IMG/VR virus record: IMGVR_UViG_3300042258_000341 | Location: 64,001-128,000 of that record | DNA length: 64,000 nucleotides | Source of the DNA: a virus | Taxonomy: Duplodnaviria; Caudoviricetes | Direction: 5' to 3' (one strand) | Shown here: positions 1-9,506 of the stretch, one piece after another | Layout: each line of letters begins with the position of its first letter | How positions within the stretch are numbered: the stretch's first letter is position 1 | Translations under genes and position numbers: made by a program | Notes under the pieces: generated by a model | What the model saw: the letters and a program-made list of their open reading frames with translations, nothing else | Databases searched by the model: none | Told to the model about the DNA's origin: nothing

Positions 1-651
1 ACCCCACACGTTAAAGTATATGATAAATACAATGACCGTGGCTTGTATGTCAGCCCCGAAGGATATGCTGCTGCAGCTATCAGCTTTACCGCAATGAATT
101 ATGAAATGTGGTATCCAGTTGCCGGTTTTAGACGTGGACAGGTAAATGTTCTTGATCTTCGCAGACGTTTCAGCAAAGGCGAAATGGATTACCTCTATGA
201 TGGAGCTGTTTCAGGTGGCGGCGGTATCAATCCGTTACGTTTCGCCCCCGGCAGAGGTATTTTGATTTGGGGGCAAAAGACCCTTCTCGGAAGACCTAGC
301 AGCTTATCGAGACTAAATGTAAGGCTTCTACTCTGCGTTATCGAACCTGCCATTGCTAAAACTCTCGAAGATTTCTTGTTTGAAATCAACGATGCTGCAA
401 CTCGTGCTCAGGTAACTTCTGTAATTACAGATTACATGACCATTGTTAAGGCAAGACGTGGTGTTTATGCGTTTGACATTGTTTGCGATGATACAAACAA
501 CCCTCCAGCAGTCATTGACCAATATCAAATGATTGTAGACCTGTATATACAGCCGATTCAATCAATTGAATATATCCCGTTCCGCTTAGTTATAACTAGA
601 ACAGGTTCAGCTTTAGCTATCAATCAAGCAGCGGTTAATGCCGGGGCGTAA
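1..651 (+). CDS. Tail sheath protein, C-terminal part (5' truncated by window)
   Basis: Frame open from base 1; WYPVAG..RG, INPL, IWGQKTL, LNVRLL, VCDDTNNPP motifs of gp18-like sheath C-terminus. Confidence 0.93.
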   Translation, partial: TPHVKVYDKYNDRGLYVSPEGYAAAAISFTAMNYEMWYPVAGFRRGQVNVLDLRRRFSKGEMDYLYDGAVSGGGGINPLRFAPGRGILIWGQKTLLGRPSSLSRLNVRLLLCVIEPAIAKTLEDFLFEINDAATRAQVTSVITDYMTIVKARRGVYAFDIVCDDTNNPPAVIDQYQMIVDLYIQPIQSIEYIPFRLVITRTGSALAINQAAVNAGA

Positions 652-675
652 TAGGTAGTTATATTTAAGTCCTGT

Positions 676-725
676 CTTTACAATAACCCCCTATTCATGT
701 AGAATATGAGTAGGGGGTTATTTTT
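676..725 (+). promoter_or_regulatory. Sigma70-type promoter overlapped by a hairpin covering the RBS
   Basis: TTTACA-17-TAGAAT; inverted repeat TAACCCCCTATTCAT / ATGAGTAGGGGGTTA followed by T-tract just before ATG 726. Confidence 0.7.
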
Positions 726-2618
726 ATGGCTGAAAAATTAAAACAAAAAGATGTGGAAAAGTGGTTTGAAGATCGGGGATCTAAACTACTTTCAACGTAT
801 ATTGATTCTAAAACAAGAATATTTTTCTTATGTTCTATGTGCGGTAAAGAGACAAGTCACGCTAAATTTCCAAGATTAAGAAAAGATAACCCGACTTGTG
901 TTTGTGTTCAATGTCATTTTGATAGAATGCGATTATCGATGTCTGAGATTTCAGAATGGTTTAAATCTAAAGGTTCTGAAATTTTAAATGAAATAACTTC
1001 AGTTCGCCAATCGGTTGTTTTTAAATGTTCTCTGTGCGGTAGAACTGAGAAATATTGTAGTCTTCATAGTTTAAAAGTAGTGAATCCTGACTGTAAATGT
1101 AAAGAATGTAACGGTAAAACTTTTAATTTAGATACTTTACAAAAATGGTTTGTGGATAAGGGTTCGAAATTATTTTCGACCGAATATGTAAATAATGTAA
1201 GCCCTCTTCAATATTCTTGCAGTAAATGTGGCTCCCCAGAAAAAAAATCTTTTAGGCATCTTCAAGAAAATTACAAAAATAATCCTGAAAAAGCTCTTTG
1301 GTGTAAAATATGTGTGTGGAAAGATTTGTCCAAGCGTTTTAAATACCCAAAAGAAAAGGCAGATATCTTTTTTAAATCCAAAGGTTCGGAATTATTGGAA
1401 TGGAACGGGTATTTTAAGCATGTAAAGTTTAAGTGTTGTAATTGTGGGGGGATTGGAACATATGCTAATTACAGTCAAATATATAAAAATAGATTTATGT
1501 GGTGTCTCTCTTGTTGGAGAGAGTATTATACCGGGGAGTCAAACCCACGGTATAATCATGAATTGTCTAAAAAAGAACGCATTTTAAGGCGAAACTTGCC
1601 GGGGTATTTGAGTTGGGTGAAACAAATATATCGTAAATTTAACTATTCTTGTGTAATTACTAAAAAAGACAATATAAAAAGAACCGCCCACCATTTGTAT
1701 AATTGGAGACATTTTGAAGATTTTAGATTTTCCCTTTGGAATGGAGTTCTTCTTTCAAAAAAGTTACATTTAGCATTCCATTCTCAATACGGATTCGGCA
1801 ATAACACCTTCAGTCAATTTAAAGAGTTTTATTTAAATTTAACGGGAAAAACTTTTTATCCTGTTAAGAATAAAAAGTTTGTTGTGGACATTTTAAATGA
1901 AAAAGAAGGATTAAAAGTCGCAGATTTAAAACAACTTTATCATTTAAAAGGCATAAATTATCTAAGTCTTTTGGAACAAGAGTTGCTGCAAAAACCTAAA
2001 ATATTCGATTCTTTTTTTGCAATTAAATTCCAAGTGTCTTCAGTTTTAACAAAAAAACACGCTCGAAAATTAATTGTAAAAGAGTTGACTTCAAAAGAAG
2101 CTAAGGTTTTTTTCACAGAAAACCATAGACAAGGGCATTACCCGGCTTCTGTGGCTCTTGGTTTATTTGATCCCGTAACAAATGAGCTTCTTTCCGCCAT
2201 GTCTTTCGGGCAACCTCGATTTGCAAAAGACTATCAATACGAACTTTTACGTTTCTGTAATAAAAATTACCATTTAATCCCCGGAGCAGCTTCTAAATTG
2301 TTCAAGTCTTTCTTAAAAAATTACAATCCATTAAGTATTATCTCATATTGTGACGTGCGATTCTCTTCTTTAGACCCTAAACAAACAGTTTATTCGTCAT
2401 TAGGTTTTAAACACACTCATACCTCCCGCCCGAATTATTTTTACATTAAAGACGGAAAAATGTATTCCCGAATTAAATTCCAGAAACATAAATTGAGGGA
2501 AGTTTTGGATACTTTTGACCCTAAGTTGTCGGAAAGAGAAAATATGTTAAATAATGGCTATGATATTTTTAAAGATTGTGGGAACCATGTTTTTGTTTGG
2601 AATAAAATTTCTTCGTAA
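726..2618 (+). CDS. Homing-endonuclease-like protein: CxxC Zn-ribbon repeats, HNH-like domain, C-terminal Hef-associated GNAT/Mom-like domain
   Basis: Repeated CxxC pairs; AHHL..NGVLL..LH..FH; YELLRFC..GAASKLF..IISYCDVRFS..LGF; paralog of 5098-7014. Confidence 0.7.
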   Translation: MAEKLKQKDVEKWFEDRGSKLLSTYIDSKTRIFFLCSMCGKETSHAKFPRLRKDNPTCVCVQCHFDRMRLSMSEISEWFKSKGSEILNEITSVRQSVVFKCSLCGRTEKYCSLHSLKVVNPDCKCKECNGKTFNLDTLQKWFVDKGSKLFSTEYVNNVSPLQYSCSKCGSPEKKSFRHLQENYKNNPEKALWCKICVWKDLSKRFKYPKEKADIFFKSKGSELLEWNGYFKHVKFKCCNCGGIGTYANYSQIYKNRFMWCLSCWREYYTGESNPRYNHELSKKERILRRNLPGYLSWVKQIYRKFNYSCVITKKDNIKRTAHHLYNWRHFEDFRFSLWNGVLLSKKLHLAFHSQYGFGNNTFSQFKEFYLNLTGKTFYPVKNKKFVVDILNEKEGLKVADLKQLYHLKGINYLSLLEQELLQKPKIFDSFFAIKFQVSSVLTKKHARKLIVKELTSKEAKVFFTENHRQGHYPASVALGLFDPVTNELLSAMSFGQPRFAKDYQYELLRFCNKNYHLIPGAASKLFKSFLKNYNPLSIISYCDVRFSSLDPKQTVYSSLGFKHTHTSRPNYFYIKDGKMYSRIKFQKHKLREVLDTFDPKLSERENMLNNGYDIFKDCGNHVFVWNKISS

Positions 2619-2676
2619 TTACATAAATTTTTCAGTATATTTTAAATAAACATAAAATAAAGGAGATATTACAGAT

Positions 2677-2970
2677 ATGCCACATCCTTCTCAGGTAATG
2701 ACTTCTCAGTTCCAAGTTCAACAGGTTTTATATTCCCATGATGATTTTGCAATCGGATATGGGATCTGGGACGGACATATTAAAACTATTGCTGTCCGGT
2801 GGAACGGATTAACGGACAATACTTTAGGATTCCCCGTTTCTCACGGACATCCGGTATGGCTGGTGATTCCTGAAAAATTGTGTTTACCTTTCATTATTAC
2901 GTTGTTCAACATCCCGGAATCTGATCGTCCCGCAATTATTGCTGCTTTGGAAGATATCGAAAAGGAATAA
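2677..2970 (+). CDS. Hypothetical protein
   Basis: ORF with AAGGAG RBS and upstream GTAA-N16-GTATAT motif. Confidence 0.7.
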   Translation: MPHPSQVMTSQFQVQQVLYSHDDFAIGYGIWDGHIKTIAVRWNGLTDNTLGFPVSHGHPVWLVIPEKLCLPFIITLFNIPESDRPAIIAALEDIEKE

Positions 2971-2974
2971 ATAA

Positions 2975-4153
2975 ATGAAACGATTAAAAGAATGTGAATC
3001 TTGTGGAAAGACAAAATTCCTTCGTGGTTTTCGGAAAGTATTCGGAAAACACTACCGAAAAATCTGTAGACAATGCGAAAAGAAAGGGCTTGTTTCTGGA
3101 CTTGCCCCTCGGAAAGAAGAATCCTCTCCGGAGGAAGTTATTCTTGAAATCGAAAAGCTTACTGTAGAACAGATACAAAAACTTGTGCGTTTCGGGGATC
3201 ATTCCGGGGTTGTAGGTCTTTCAAGAATAACCGGATTGCCTCTTTTTAAGACGCAAAAAGCTCTTAAAATCCTGAAAGAAAGAAAAGCAATAAAAGGGTT
3301 TGACCCGAATACAAAAGATTTCGAAATCTTTGTGGATTTACCGAATAGTGAAAAACAAGTCTTTTTTAGATTTAACGGGGATTTAAAAGCCTGTAGAGGT
3401 TGCGGAGCATATTTACCATATTCCGAATTCGACAAAGACTCTTACAATTTCGGGAAAGTGAAACATGTTTGTAAAAAATGTGAAAAAGAAGCTGTTTCTG
3501 CGGAAGAAGTCTTTAAAACTTGCGTTGTTTGCAAGAAAATAAAAATCCCGGAAGATTTCCCGAAAGTGAATAAAAAATATCGAAGAAGACAATGTAAAGA
3601 ATGTTACGCCTTTTTACAAAAAGAAAGACAGGAAAAATATAGAGCAAAGAAAAGAGGTGTTTTTTCTGAAGAAAAAACACCTAAAACCTTTCAAAAACCT
3701 TCCGATTTAGACGATCTTTTTGTGGAAGACATTGTAGAAGAAAGTATTCTCGGGGGTGAAGAGATGGGTCATAATCCTTTCGAAAGAAAAGAAACAACAC
3801 AATATCATGACGGGGGTAAAAGAACCTGTTATAAAAATGTAAGATATCCTGCAGGGGAAGAAAAAATAGACGGGGGTAAACAAAAAGAGCCTTCTTCTGA
3901 TACAGAAAAAGCAAAACCTGAAATAGACTCGGAATACGAAGAAGCTAAGGCATTTATCTACATGCTGGAAACTTTCTTTACTTATACCGAAGTCGCCGCA
4001 GATGTTGGCATGTTTCTTCAATTAGAAAAGACTTTTCATGACATTGCTAAACACACAAAGAACAAACAAATCGAAAAATATTTGGCAAAAACTTTACGAA
4101 ATATACATCAAATCAAAAGCATCTTCGAAACCAATAAGGAAGTGAACGGATGA
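2975..4153 (+). CDS. Multi Zn-ribbon protein (HNH-associated type CxxC repeats)
   Basis: Three CxxC..K...F..CxxC units; long ORF. Confidence 0.65.
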   Translation: MKRLKECESCGKTKFLRGFRKVFGKHYRKICRQCEKKGLVSGLAPRKEESSPEEVILEIEKLTVEQIQKLVRFGDHSGVVGLSRITGLPLFKTQKALKILKERKAIKGFDPNTKDFEIFVDLPNSEKQVFFRFNGDLKACRGCGAYLPYSEFDKDSYNFGKVKHVCKKCEKEAVSAEEVFKTCVVCKKIKIPEDFPKVNKKYRRRQCKECYAFLQKERQEKYRAKKRGVFSEEKTPKTFQKPSDLDDLFVEDIVEESILGGEEMGHNPFERKETTQYHDGGKRTCYKNVRYPAGEEKIDGGKQKEPSSDTEKAKPEIDSEYEEAKAFIYMLETFFTYTEVAADVGMFLQLEKTFHDIAKHTKNKQIEKYLAKTLRNIHQIKSIFETNKEVNG

Positions 4154-4323
4154 ATTACAAATATTCAGGGAAATTTAAAGACTTCATGCGAAAACTCTCC
4201 CTTTACTGCAAATGTGTAGATCATGCTAAATTGGAAGATAAAATGACTGCCCTTGCCAATATCGAAAACAAAAGAAAACTCACCCGGTTTGTCGAAGGAG
4301 AATATCTGGCTTCTCTACATTAA
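4150..4323 (+). CDS. Small hypothetical protein (57 aa)
   Basis: ATGA overlap with upstream stop; open frame MNYKYSGKF...LASLH. Confidence 0.55.
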   Translation: MNYKYSGKFKDFMRKLSLYCKCVDHAKLEDKMTALANIENKRKLTRFVEGEYLASLH

Positions 4324-4485
4324 TAATTTGTGCATTGTCTCCTAATATTTTTTACTCCCCGGAACACTCTTTTCGAGGAGTTTTTCTTTTTCTAATTCTA
4401 TCTGATAGATAAGTATTAAATTAATCTTTTGCAGATACTTATTGTAATTTTATTTTTCTGCTTTCTGCAAAAGGAGTTTATCGAT

Positions 4486-5010
4486 ATGACAGTAAGACCA
4501 ACAATTGATCAGGTCAGAACTTTAACCGATTTCGCAACCAGTTATCAATGGTTTATGCGTGTAGAACAGTCTGCTTCAGGGGGATTCCCCACTTCTGAAG
4601 AAATCAACTTAAGATGTATCTCTACAGAAATCCCTCTGTTGAACGATACTCCAATTGAAACTTCAATCCGTGGACATAAAGTATGGCAACCGGGAATCCA
4701 TAATTACACCCAGTCAATCACTCTTACAATGGCTGAATCTGTAGATATGAAAATTATGGAATGGATCAAGGCATGGCGTGAAGCTTGTTATGAAACCCAA
4801 ACCGGTGTTCACAGAACAAAAGACGATGTTGAAGCAACAATCGTTCTCACTCGCCTGAATCGTCAGGATCAACCTATCTGGACTTACAAACTTATCGGTT
4901 GTTTCTTGAGCCAATACACTCAAGATACTTTGGGAACAGAAAATGCCACCTTGCGCCCGACCCTTGTTATCAATTATGATTACTTTACTGATGGTGCGGG
5001 TCAGTTATAA
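4486..5010 (+). CDS. Tail tube protein (gp19-like)
   Basis: AAGGAG RBS before ATG 4486; PG..Y..ITLT, W..AW, W.YKL.GCF, .NYDYF pattern; near sheath. Confidence 0.8.
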   Translation: MTVRPTIDQVRTLTDFATSYQWFMRVEQSASGGFPTSEEINLRCISTEIPLLNDTPIETSIRGHKVWQPGIHNYTQSITLTMAESVDMKIMEWIKAWREACYETQTGVHRTKDDVEATIVLTRLNRQDQPIWTYKLIGCFLSQYTQDTLGTENATLRPTLVINYDYFTDGAGQL

Positions 5011-5044
5011 TCTGCGTTTGCGGGTTTTAAGTTAAAAACAACTC

Positions 5045-5097
5045 TTGATTTTTTTCAAGACCTTCCTTATAATAAAAAGTAAGGAAGGTCTTTTATT
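5045..5097 (+). promoter_or_regulatory. Sigma70-type promoter overlapped by a hairpin covering the RBS
   Basis: TTGATT-17-TATAAT; inverted repeat AAGACCTTCCTTA / TAAGGAAGGTCTT then T-tract before ATG 5098. Confidence 0.72.
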
Positions 5098-7014
5098 ATG
5101 TTGCAAAAATATATTGATAAATTTAAAGAAATTGGCTCGGAAATTATTCAATATCCGAAAAATGTTACGGGGGAGACTTTTACTTTCCGATGTTTAATGT
5201 GTGGCGGGGAGGGTTCTTATTTAAGTCTGGATACTTTTTTTCGAAGGAAAGCGAAAGCTCTTTGTGCGGAATGTACTGCTGAAATCACTCGAATAAAAAA
5301 GAAAAACAAAGAATACAATAAAGTCGTTTCTTTTGTCGAAAAAGCGGGAGCCAAAGTTGTAAATTACACAAAGCAGTTAGAGCCTATCACTTTACAATGT
5401 CCCGGGTGTTTACAAGAGTTCACATATTCCACTTTCAACAACCTTTTGAAAAGAAACCGGGAATGTTTCTGCAGCAATTGTGTAGAAAACACAAAAGAAT
5501 TGCAGAAAATACAAGAAAACGTGGAATATGTGGAAAAAGAATTAATCCCTTTTCTTTCGGAGAAAGGGATTAAAATTCGTCAGCCTTATCCGATAAATAA
5601 AGATGAGCCTCTTTTGGGGTATTGTTCGCAATGTGGGAAAGAACATGCTTATATATCAATCACACAACTTTTATTTCAAATAAAAAAACAAGGAATCCCG
5701 GTTTGTTCGGAATGCAAAGCTGTAAAAATAGGGGAGTCCCAAAAAAAGAACAATTTCCCGGGGTTTCTGAAAAAGACACGAGAACTCTTTAAACAACATG
5801 GTTCGAAGTTGATCAACAAACCACAATCGACAAAAAGTATTTTTATTTTTAAATGCGCTCAGTGTGGCGAAGAAAAATCCCGGTATAAATTTAGTTATTT
5901 CCGTAAAGAAACCGGCAATTTTATTTGCCCGGATTGCGCAATGAAAAATGCGGGAAAAAAGAAAAGAATAATTCCTTTTTTTGAGAGGGGTGAAAATAAT
6001 GTAAAAAACAGAGGGAATAATTTTGAATATTACAATACGTGGGTTTTAAAAATAAGACGAAAATACAAAAAGAAATGTGTTATTTCCGAAGAGACTAAAA
6101 AAGTGGCGGCTCATCATATCTTTGGCTTTAAAAGATTCCCCTCAGTGGCGTTAAATTTCTTCAATGGCGTTCTACTATCTTCTAAGTTACATAGAGAATA
6201 CCATTCAAAATACGGGAGAGCCTCTGCAAATTATTTCACTTTTCAAGAATTTTATAAAGAAAAAACAGGAAAGAACTTTTATCTGGTCAACAATAAAAAA
6301 TTAAGAGTTGATCTTTTTTCAGAACAAATTGACTTTTTAGAGTTGAAAAAAATAGCTGCAGATAAAAAGATTAATTTAATCCCTCTTTGGTGGCAGGAAT
6401 ATGTGTTAAATCCTGAAATAATGACTTCTATTTTCAATAATAAAATAGGAAAAATAAAAAATAGACTTTTTGCTCGAAATTGTGAGGTTCGTGAAATTTC
6501 TTCCGAACAAATACAAACCTTTTTACATAAAAACCACAGACAAGGTAAAATCCCCTCCAAGATTAATTTAGGTTTATTTTTCAAAGAGGAATTGGTTTCT
6601 GTTATGTCTTTAGGATCGCCTCGGTATTCAAAAGAAAACCAATACGAATTACTCCGGTTTTGTTCCAAATTAAATACGATAGTTGTGGGAGCCGCTTCCA
6701 AACTCTTTACTTATTTTGTAAAGAAATATAATCCCGTTTCCGTTATTTCATATTGTGATGTAAGGTTTTCTTCTCTTGATCCTGAAAAGACGGTATATCC
6801 GAAATTAGGTTTTAAATACTCGCACACTTCGCCTCCGAATTATTTTTATTACAAAGACGGGAAGTTCTTTTCTCGGCTACAATTCCAGAAACATAAGTTA
6901 CCGGAGATTTTGTCAGATTTCGATCCTGAACTTTCTGAAAAAGAAAATATGTTAAGAAACGGTTTTGAAATTATGACGGATTGTGGGAACCATGTTTTTA
7001 CTTTTAAGAAATAA
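5098..7014 (+). CDS. Homing-endonuclease-like protein (Zn-ribbon/HNH/GNAT-like), paralog of 726-2618
   Basis: Same domain order; near-identical C-terminal motifs YELLRFC, ISYCDVRFSSLDP, DCGNHVF. Confidence 0.7.
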   Translation: MLQKYIDKFKEIGSEIIQYPKNVTGETFTFRCLMCGGEGSYLSLDTFFRRKAKALCAECTAEITRIKKKNKEYNKVVSFVEKAGAKVVNYTKQLEPITLQCPGCLQEFTYSTFNNLLKRNRECFCSNCVENTKELQKIQENVEYVEKELIPFLSEKGIKIRQPYPINKDEPLLGYCSQCGKEHAYISITQLLFQIKKQGIPVCSECKAVKIGESQKKNNFPGFLKKTRELFKQHGSKLINKPQSTKSIFIFKCAQCGEEKSRYKFSYFRKETGNFICPDCAMKNAGKKKRIIPFFERGENNVKNRGNNFEYYNTWVLKIRRKYKKKCVISEETKKVAAHHIFGFKRFPSVALNFFNGVLLSSKLHREYHSKYGRASANYFTFQEFYKEKTGKNFYLVNNKKLRVDLFSEQIDFLELKKIAADKKINLIPLWWQEYVLNPEIMTSIFNNKIGKIKNRLFARNCEVREISSEQIQTFLHKNHRQGKIPSKINLGLFFKEELVSVMSLGSPRYSKENQYELLRFCSKLNTIVVGAASKLFTYFVKKYNPVSVISYCDVRFSSLDPEKTVYPKLGFKYSHTSPPNYFYYKDGKFFSRLQFQKHKLPEILSDFDPELSEKENMLRNGFEIMTDCGNHVFTFKK

Positions 7015-7066
7015 TTTATGTAATTTATTTCTTTTTCCGGTATATTACGTATAAAGGAAATACTAA

Positions 7067-7852
7067 ATGAAAATACAGATACTTTCAGACTTACATAGAG
7101 AATTCGGAACTCCCGCTTCTTTCTTTACAAAAGAGGACATTGTGGGGGACGTTCTGGTTCTTGCTGGGGATATAGATTGTAATCCTTTGCGTTTGAAAGA
7201 ATATCTTCTGACAATAAATAAAGTACCTATTTTCCTTGTCTTGGGTAATCATGAATTTTACGGACACAATTATTTAACCGTTCGTAAAAAATACCGGGAT
7301 TTATTGTTTTCCCCGGAAGAAAATCTTTATCTTTTGGACAATCGAGAAATACAATTACGGGAATTTTCCGGATATTCTTTTCACGGAACAACTCTTTGGA
7401 CAAAATTAACCGATGATGTTGTTGATATGTCTTACCTTCAACATGTAATGAATGACTATCACGAAATAATTTATTACAAAGAAGGACACACCGAGCTTTA
7501 CAACAGATTAAGCCCGGAGATCACTTCGAAAGAACACGGAAAGAATATTAAGTTTCTGAAAAAGACGTTACTTTCTCGTAGTTCACAAAAGAAACGAATT
7601 GTAATTTCACATCATTTACCTTCTTTTCAATCCGTTCCTTTACGTTTTGCGGGGAATAAGGTTAATTATGCTTACGCTACGAATCTGGAAGAAATGATTC
7701 TCGAAACTATGCCTGTTCTTTGGTGTCACGGTCACACCCACAATTCTCAAGACTATTTTATCGGAAATACAAGAATTGTCTGCAATCCCTACGGTTACTT
7801 CAATCACGAAGAAAACCGAGAGTTCAAAAAACATTTAATAATAGAGGTTTAA
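7067..7852 (+). CDS. Calcineurin-like metallophosphoesterase
   Basis: SDLH, AGD, GNHE, SHH, HGHTH motifs. Confidence 0.92.
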   Translation: MKIQILSDLHREFGTPASFFTKEDIVGDVLVLAGDIDCNPLRLKEYLLTINKVPIFLVLGNHEFYGHNYLTVRKKYRDLLFSPEENLYLLDNREIQLREFSGYSFHGTTLWTKLTDDVVDMSYLQHVMNDYHEIIYYKEGHTELYNRLSPEITSKEHGKNIKFLKKTLLSRSSQKKRIVISHHLPSFQSVPLRFAGNKVNYAYATNLEEMILETMPVLWCHGHTHNSQDYFIGNTRIVCNPYGYFNHEENREFKKHLIIEV

Positions 7853-7858
7853 GAAAGT

Positions 7859-8320
7859 ATGGCAACTAAAAAGACTCCCGTGAAAAAGACTCCCGTGAAA
7901 AAGACTCCCGTGAAAAAGACTCCCGTGAAAAAGACTCCCGTGAAAAAGACTCCCGTGAAAAAGACTCCCGTGAAAAAGACTCCCGTGAAAAAGATGGTTT
8001 TAAAACCTCAAGCCGAAGGAAGAGCTAAAAAAATAAAAACAACAAATCCTGTAAAACCTTTCAATCTTGAACCAAGTTCTAAATTTTCAACTATCCCTGC
8101 ATTTCAAAGCGAAAATGATTTTAGACTTATTTTAGATCGAGCGACAATCTCAAAAAATAATTTCCCTTTGAATCCTTTTGTAACTAAATATCTGGAACAA
8201 TTGGAAGAAGCCGCTTACGCTTTAATGGTTTTCTTTTATGCTTCCAATATAAATAATGCTCTTGATATTGAAGCTAAAGTTTTAGAAGAAGAAATTCTTA
8301 AACAGACTTTTAATGACTGA
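7859..8320 (+). CDS. Histone H1/Hc2-like basic repeat protein
   Basis: N-terminal (KKTPV)x8 followed by a small globular domain. Confidence 0.65.
   Translation: MATKKTPVKKTPVKKTPVKKTPVKKTPVKKTPVKKTPVKKTPVKKMVLKPQAEGRAKKIKTTNPVKPFNLEPSSKFSTIPAFQSENDFRLILDRATISKNNFPLNPFVTKYLEQLEEAAYALMVFFYASNINNALDIEAKVLEEEILKQTFND
7868..7987 (+). repeat. Perfect 15-bp tandem repeat x8 (AAAAAGACTCCCGTG)
   Basis: Directly visible; encodes KKTPV. Confidence 0.98.
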
Positions 8321-8325
8321 AGGTT

Positions 8326-8628
8326 GTGAAAAGCATGACAAAAGCAAATGAAAAATGGGTTCTGTTCAAACAATTCATGCACAATGAATTGGGGATAACA
8401 AAAGAAGATATCCGGGAATGGGTAAAAGAAGCTGTAAAAGAAGAAGCAGAAAGACTTGTAAAAAATACTTACGATAATTATAGTCCGAAGGCAATGGTTG
8501 AGAAAGCCCTTTTCGCGCATGACTTATTTCACGGGGATCATTTCAAAAGAGAAGTTATCCTTGAAGCTGCAAAATTGATCGTTTCTGAAATAGAAATTGT
8601 TCCGAAAGAAAGGAAAACTGTAAAATGA
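8326..8628 (+). CDS. Hypothetical protein
   Basis: ORF in tightly packed operon. Confidence 0.7.
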   Translation: MKSMTKANEKWVLFKQFMHNELGITKEDIREWVKEAVKEEAERLVKNTYDNYSPKAMVEKALFAHDLFHGDHFKREVILEAAKLIVSEIEIVPKERKTVK

Positions 8629-8948
8629 AATACAAAGAGACAATCGCTTCACAACTAGAAGCTCCAGTAAAGAGTAACCTTATCGAGAATATAGATAAGG
8701 ATTTTATCCCCCGGAAGCCTTTATTTTCTTTCAATGATATAGTTTCTTTTCCTGTTGAACTTAAAACGTCTTTCGGGTTAATAAAAACTGAGCCTTGTTG
8801 CTTGTATATTACATGCATTAAGATATATTCAACAGGCAGTAAAATAAATTATTCTTATGGTCTTTCTAAAGTTCCAACAGTTCCCGGAAATAGCGGGGAA
8901 GTCTTAACTTGGAAGCAAGAAGAAGAATTGACTTTGGTGGGAAAATAA
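8625..8948 (+). CDS. Hypothetical protein
   Basis: ORF overlapping upstream stop. Confidence 0.65.
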   Translation: MKYKETIASQLEAPVKSNLIENIDKDFIPRKPLFSFNDIVSFPVELKTSFGLIKTEPCCLYITCIKIYSTGSKINYSYGLSKVPTVPGNSGEVLTWKQEEELTLVGK

Positions 8949-8949
8949 C

Positions 8950-9231
8950 GTGGAAGACCTCTTTGTTTCTGGATTGGAATCTTCTTTATCCGATGCGCAA
9001 AAAGAATTGGATAAATTATATACCGAAAATGACGCTTTAAATAAGCAAATAGAAGAAGCAAATCTTTTGATTGAAGAAATGGGACAAGCTCTGTTAAAAC
9101 TCGAATTGAAGTGGAATAACCATTGGATTCCAGACCATTGCCGGGATGTTTGGAAAGATGTTTTAAGTAAATATAAAGAAAGAGAGAAAAATAAACAGTG
9201 TCTAAATTTACACAAGGGAAATGGCAGATAA
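8950..9231 (+). CDS. Hypothetical coiled-coil protein
   Basis: ORF in operon. Confidence 0.6.
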   Translation: MEDLFVSGLESSLSDAQKELDKLYTENDALNKQIEEANLLIEEMGQALLKLELKWNNHWIPDHCRDVWKDVLSKYKEREKNKQCLNLHKGNGR

Positions 9232-9506
9232 TCCCTGAATTCGGAAAACAAAAAGTCTATGCTGGGGAAAAAGGCTCACATTGTAATGTCTTCGATATCG
9301 CAAATGCAACAGAAGAAGGCATCGCTGAAAAAGAAGCAAATGCTAGATTGATTGCAGAAGCCCCTGAAATGTTTAGACAAATAATAGCTCTTACTGAGTA
9401 TCTGGAAGAAGAAAAAATGACGGACTGTGATGCTTACAGAGAAGCTATGTATCTTATTTATCGGGTAAACAATCGACAATGGAAAGAAGAAAGTAATGAT
9501 TCTTGA
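9198..9506 (+). CDS. Conserved phage hypothetical protein
   Basis: T.GKW...EANARLIA.APEM motif common in phage proteins. Confidence 0.75.
   Translation: MSKFTQGKWQIIPEFGKQKVYAGEKGSHCNVFDIANATEEGIAEKEANARLIAEAPEMFRQIIALTEYLEEEKMTDCDAYREAMYLIYRVNNRQWKEESNDS

Noticed and set aside
7868-7987. Tandem repeat as CRISPR array or iterons
   Set aside because: No spacers; lies in frame in an ORF encoding KKTPV
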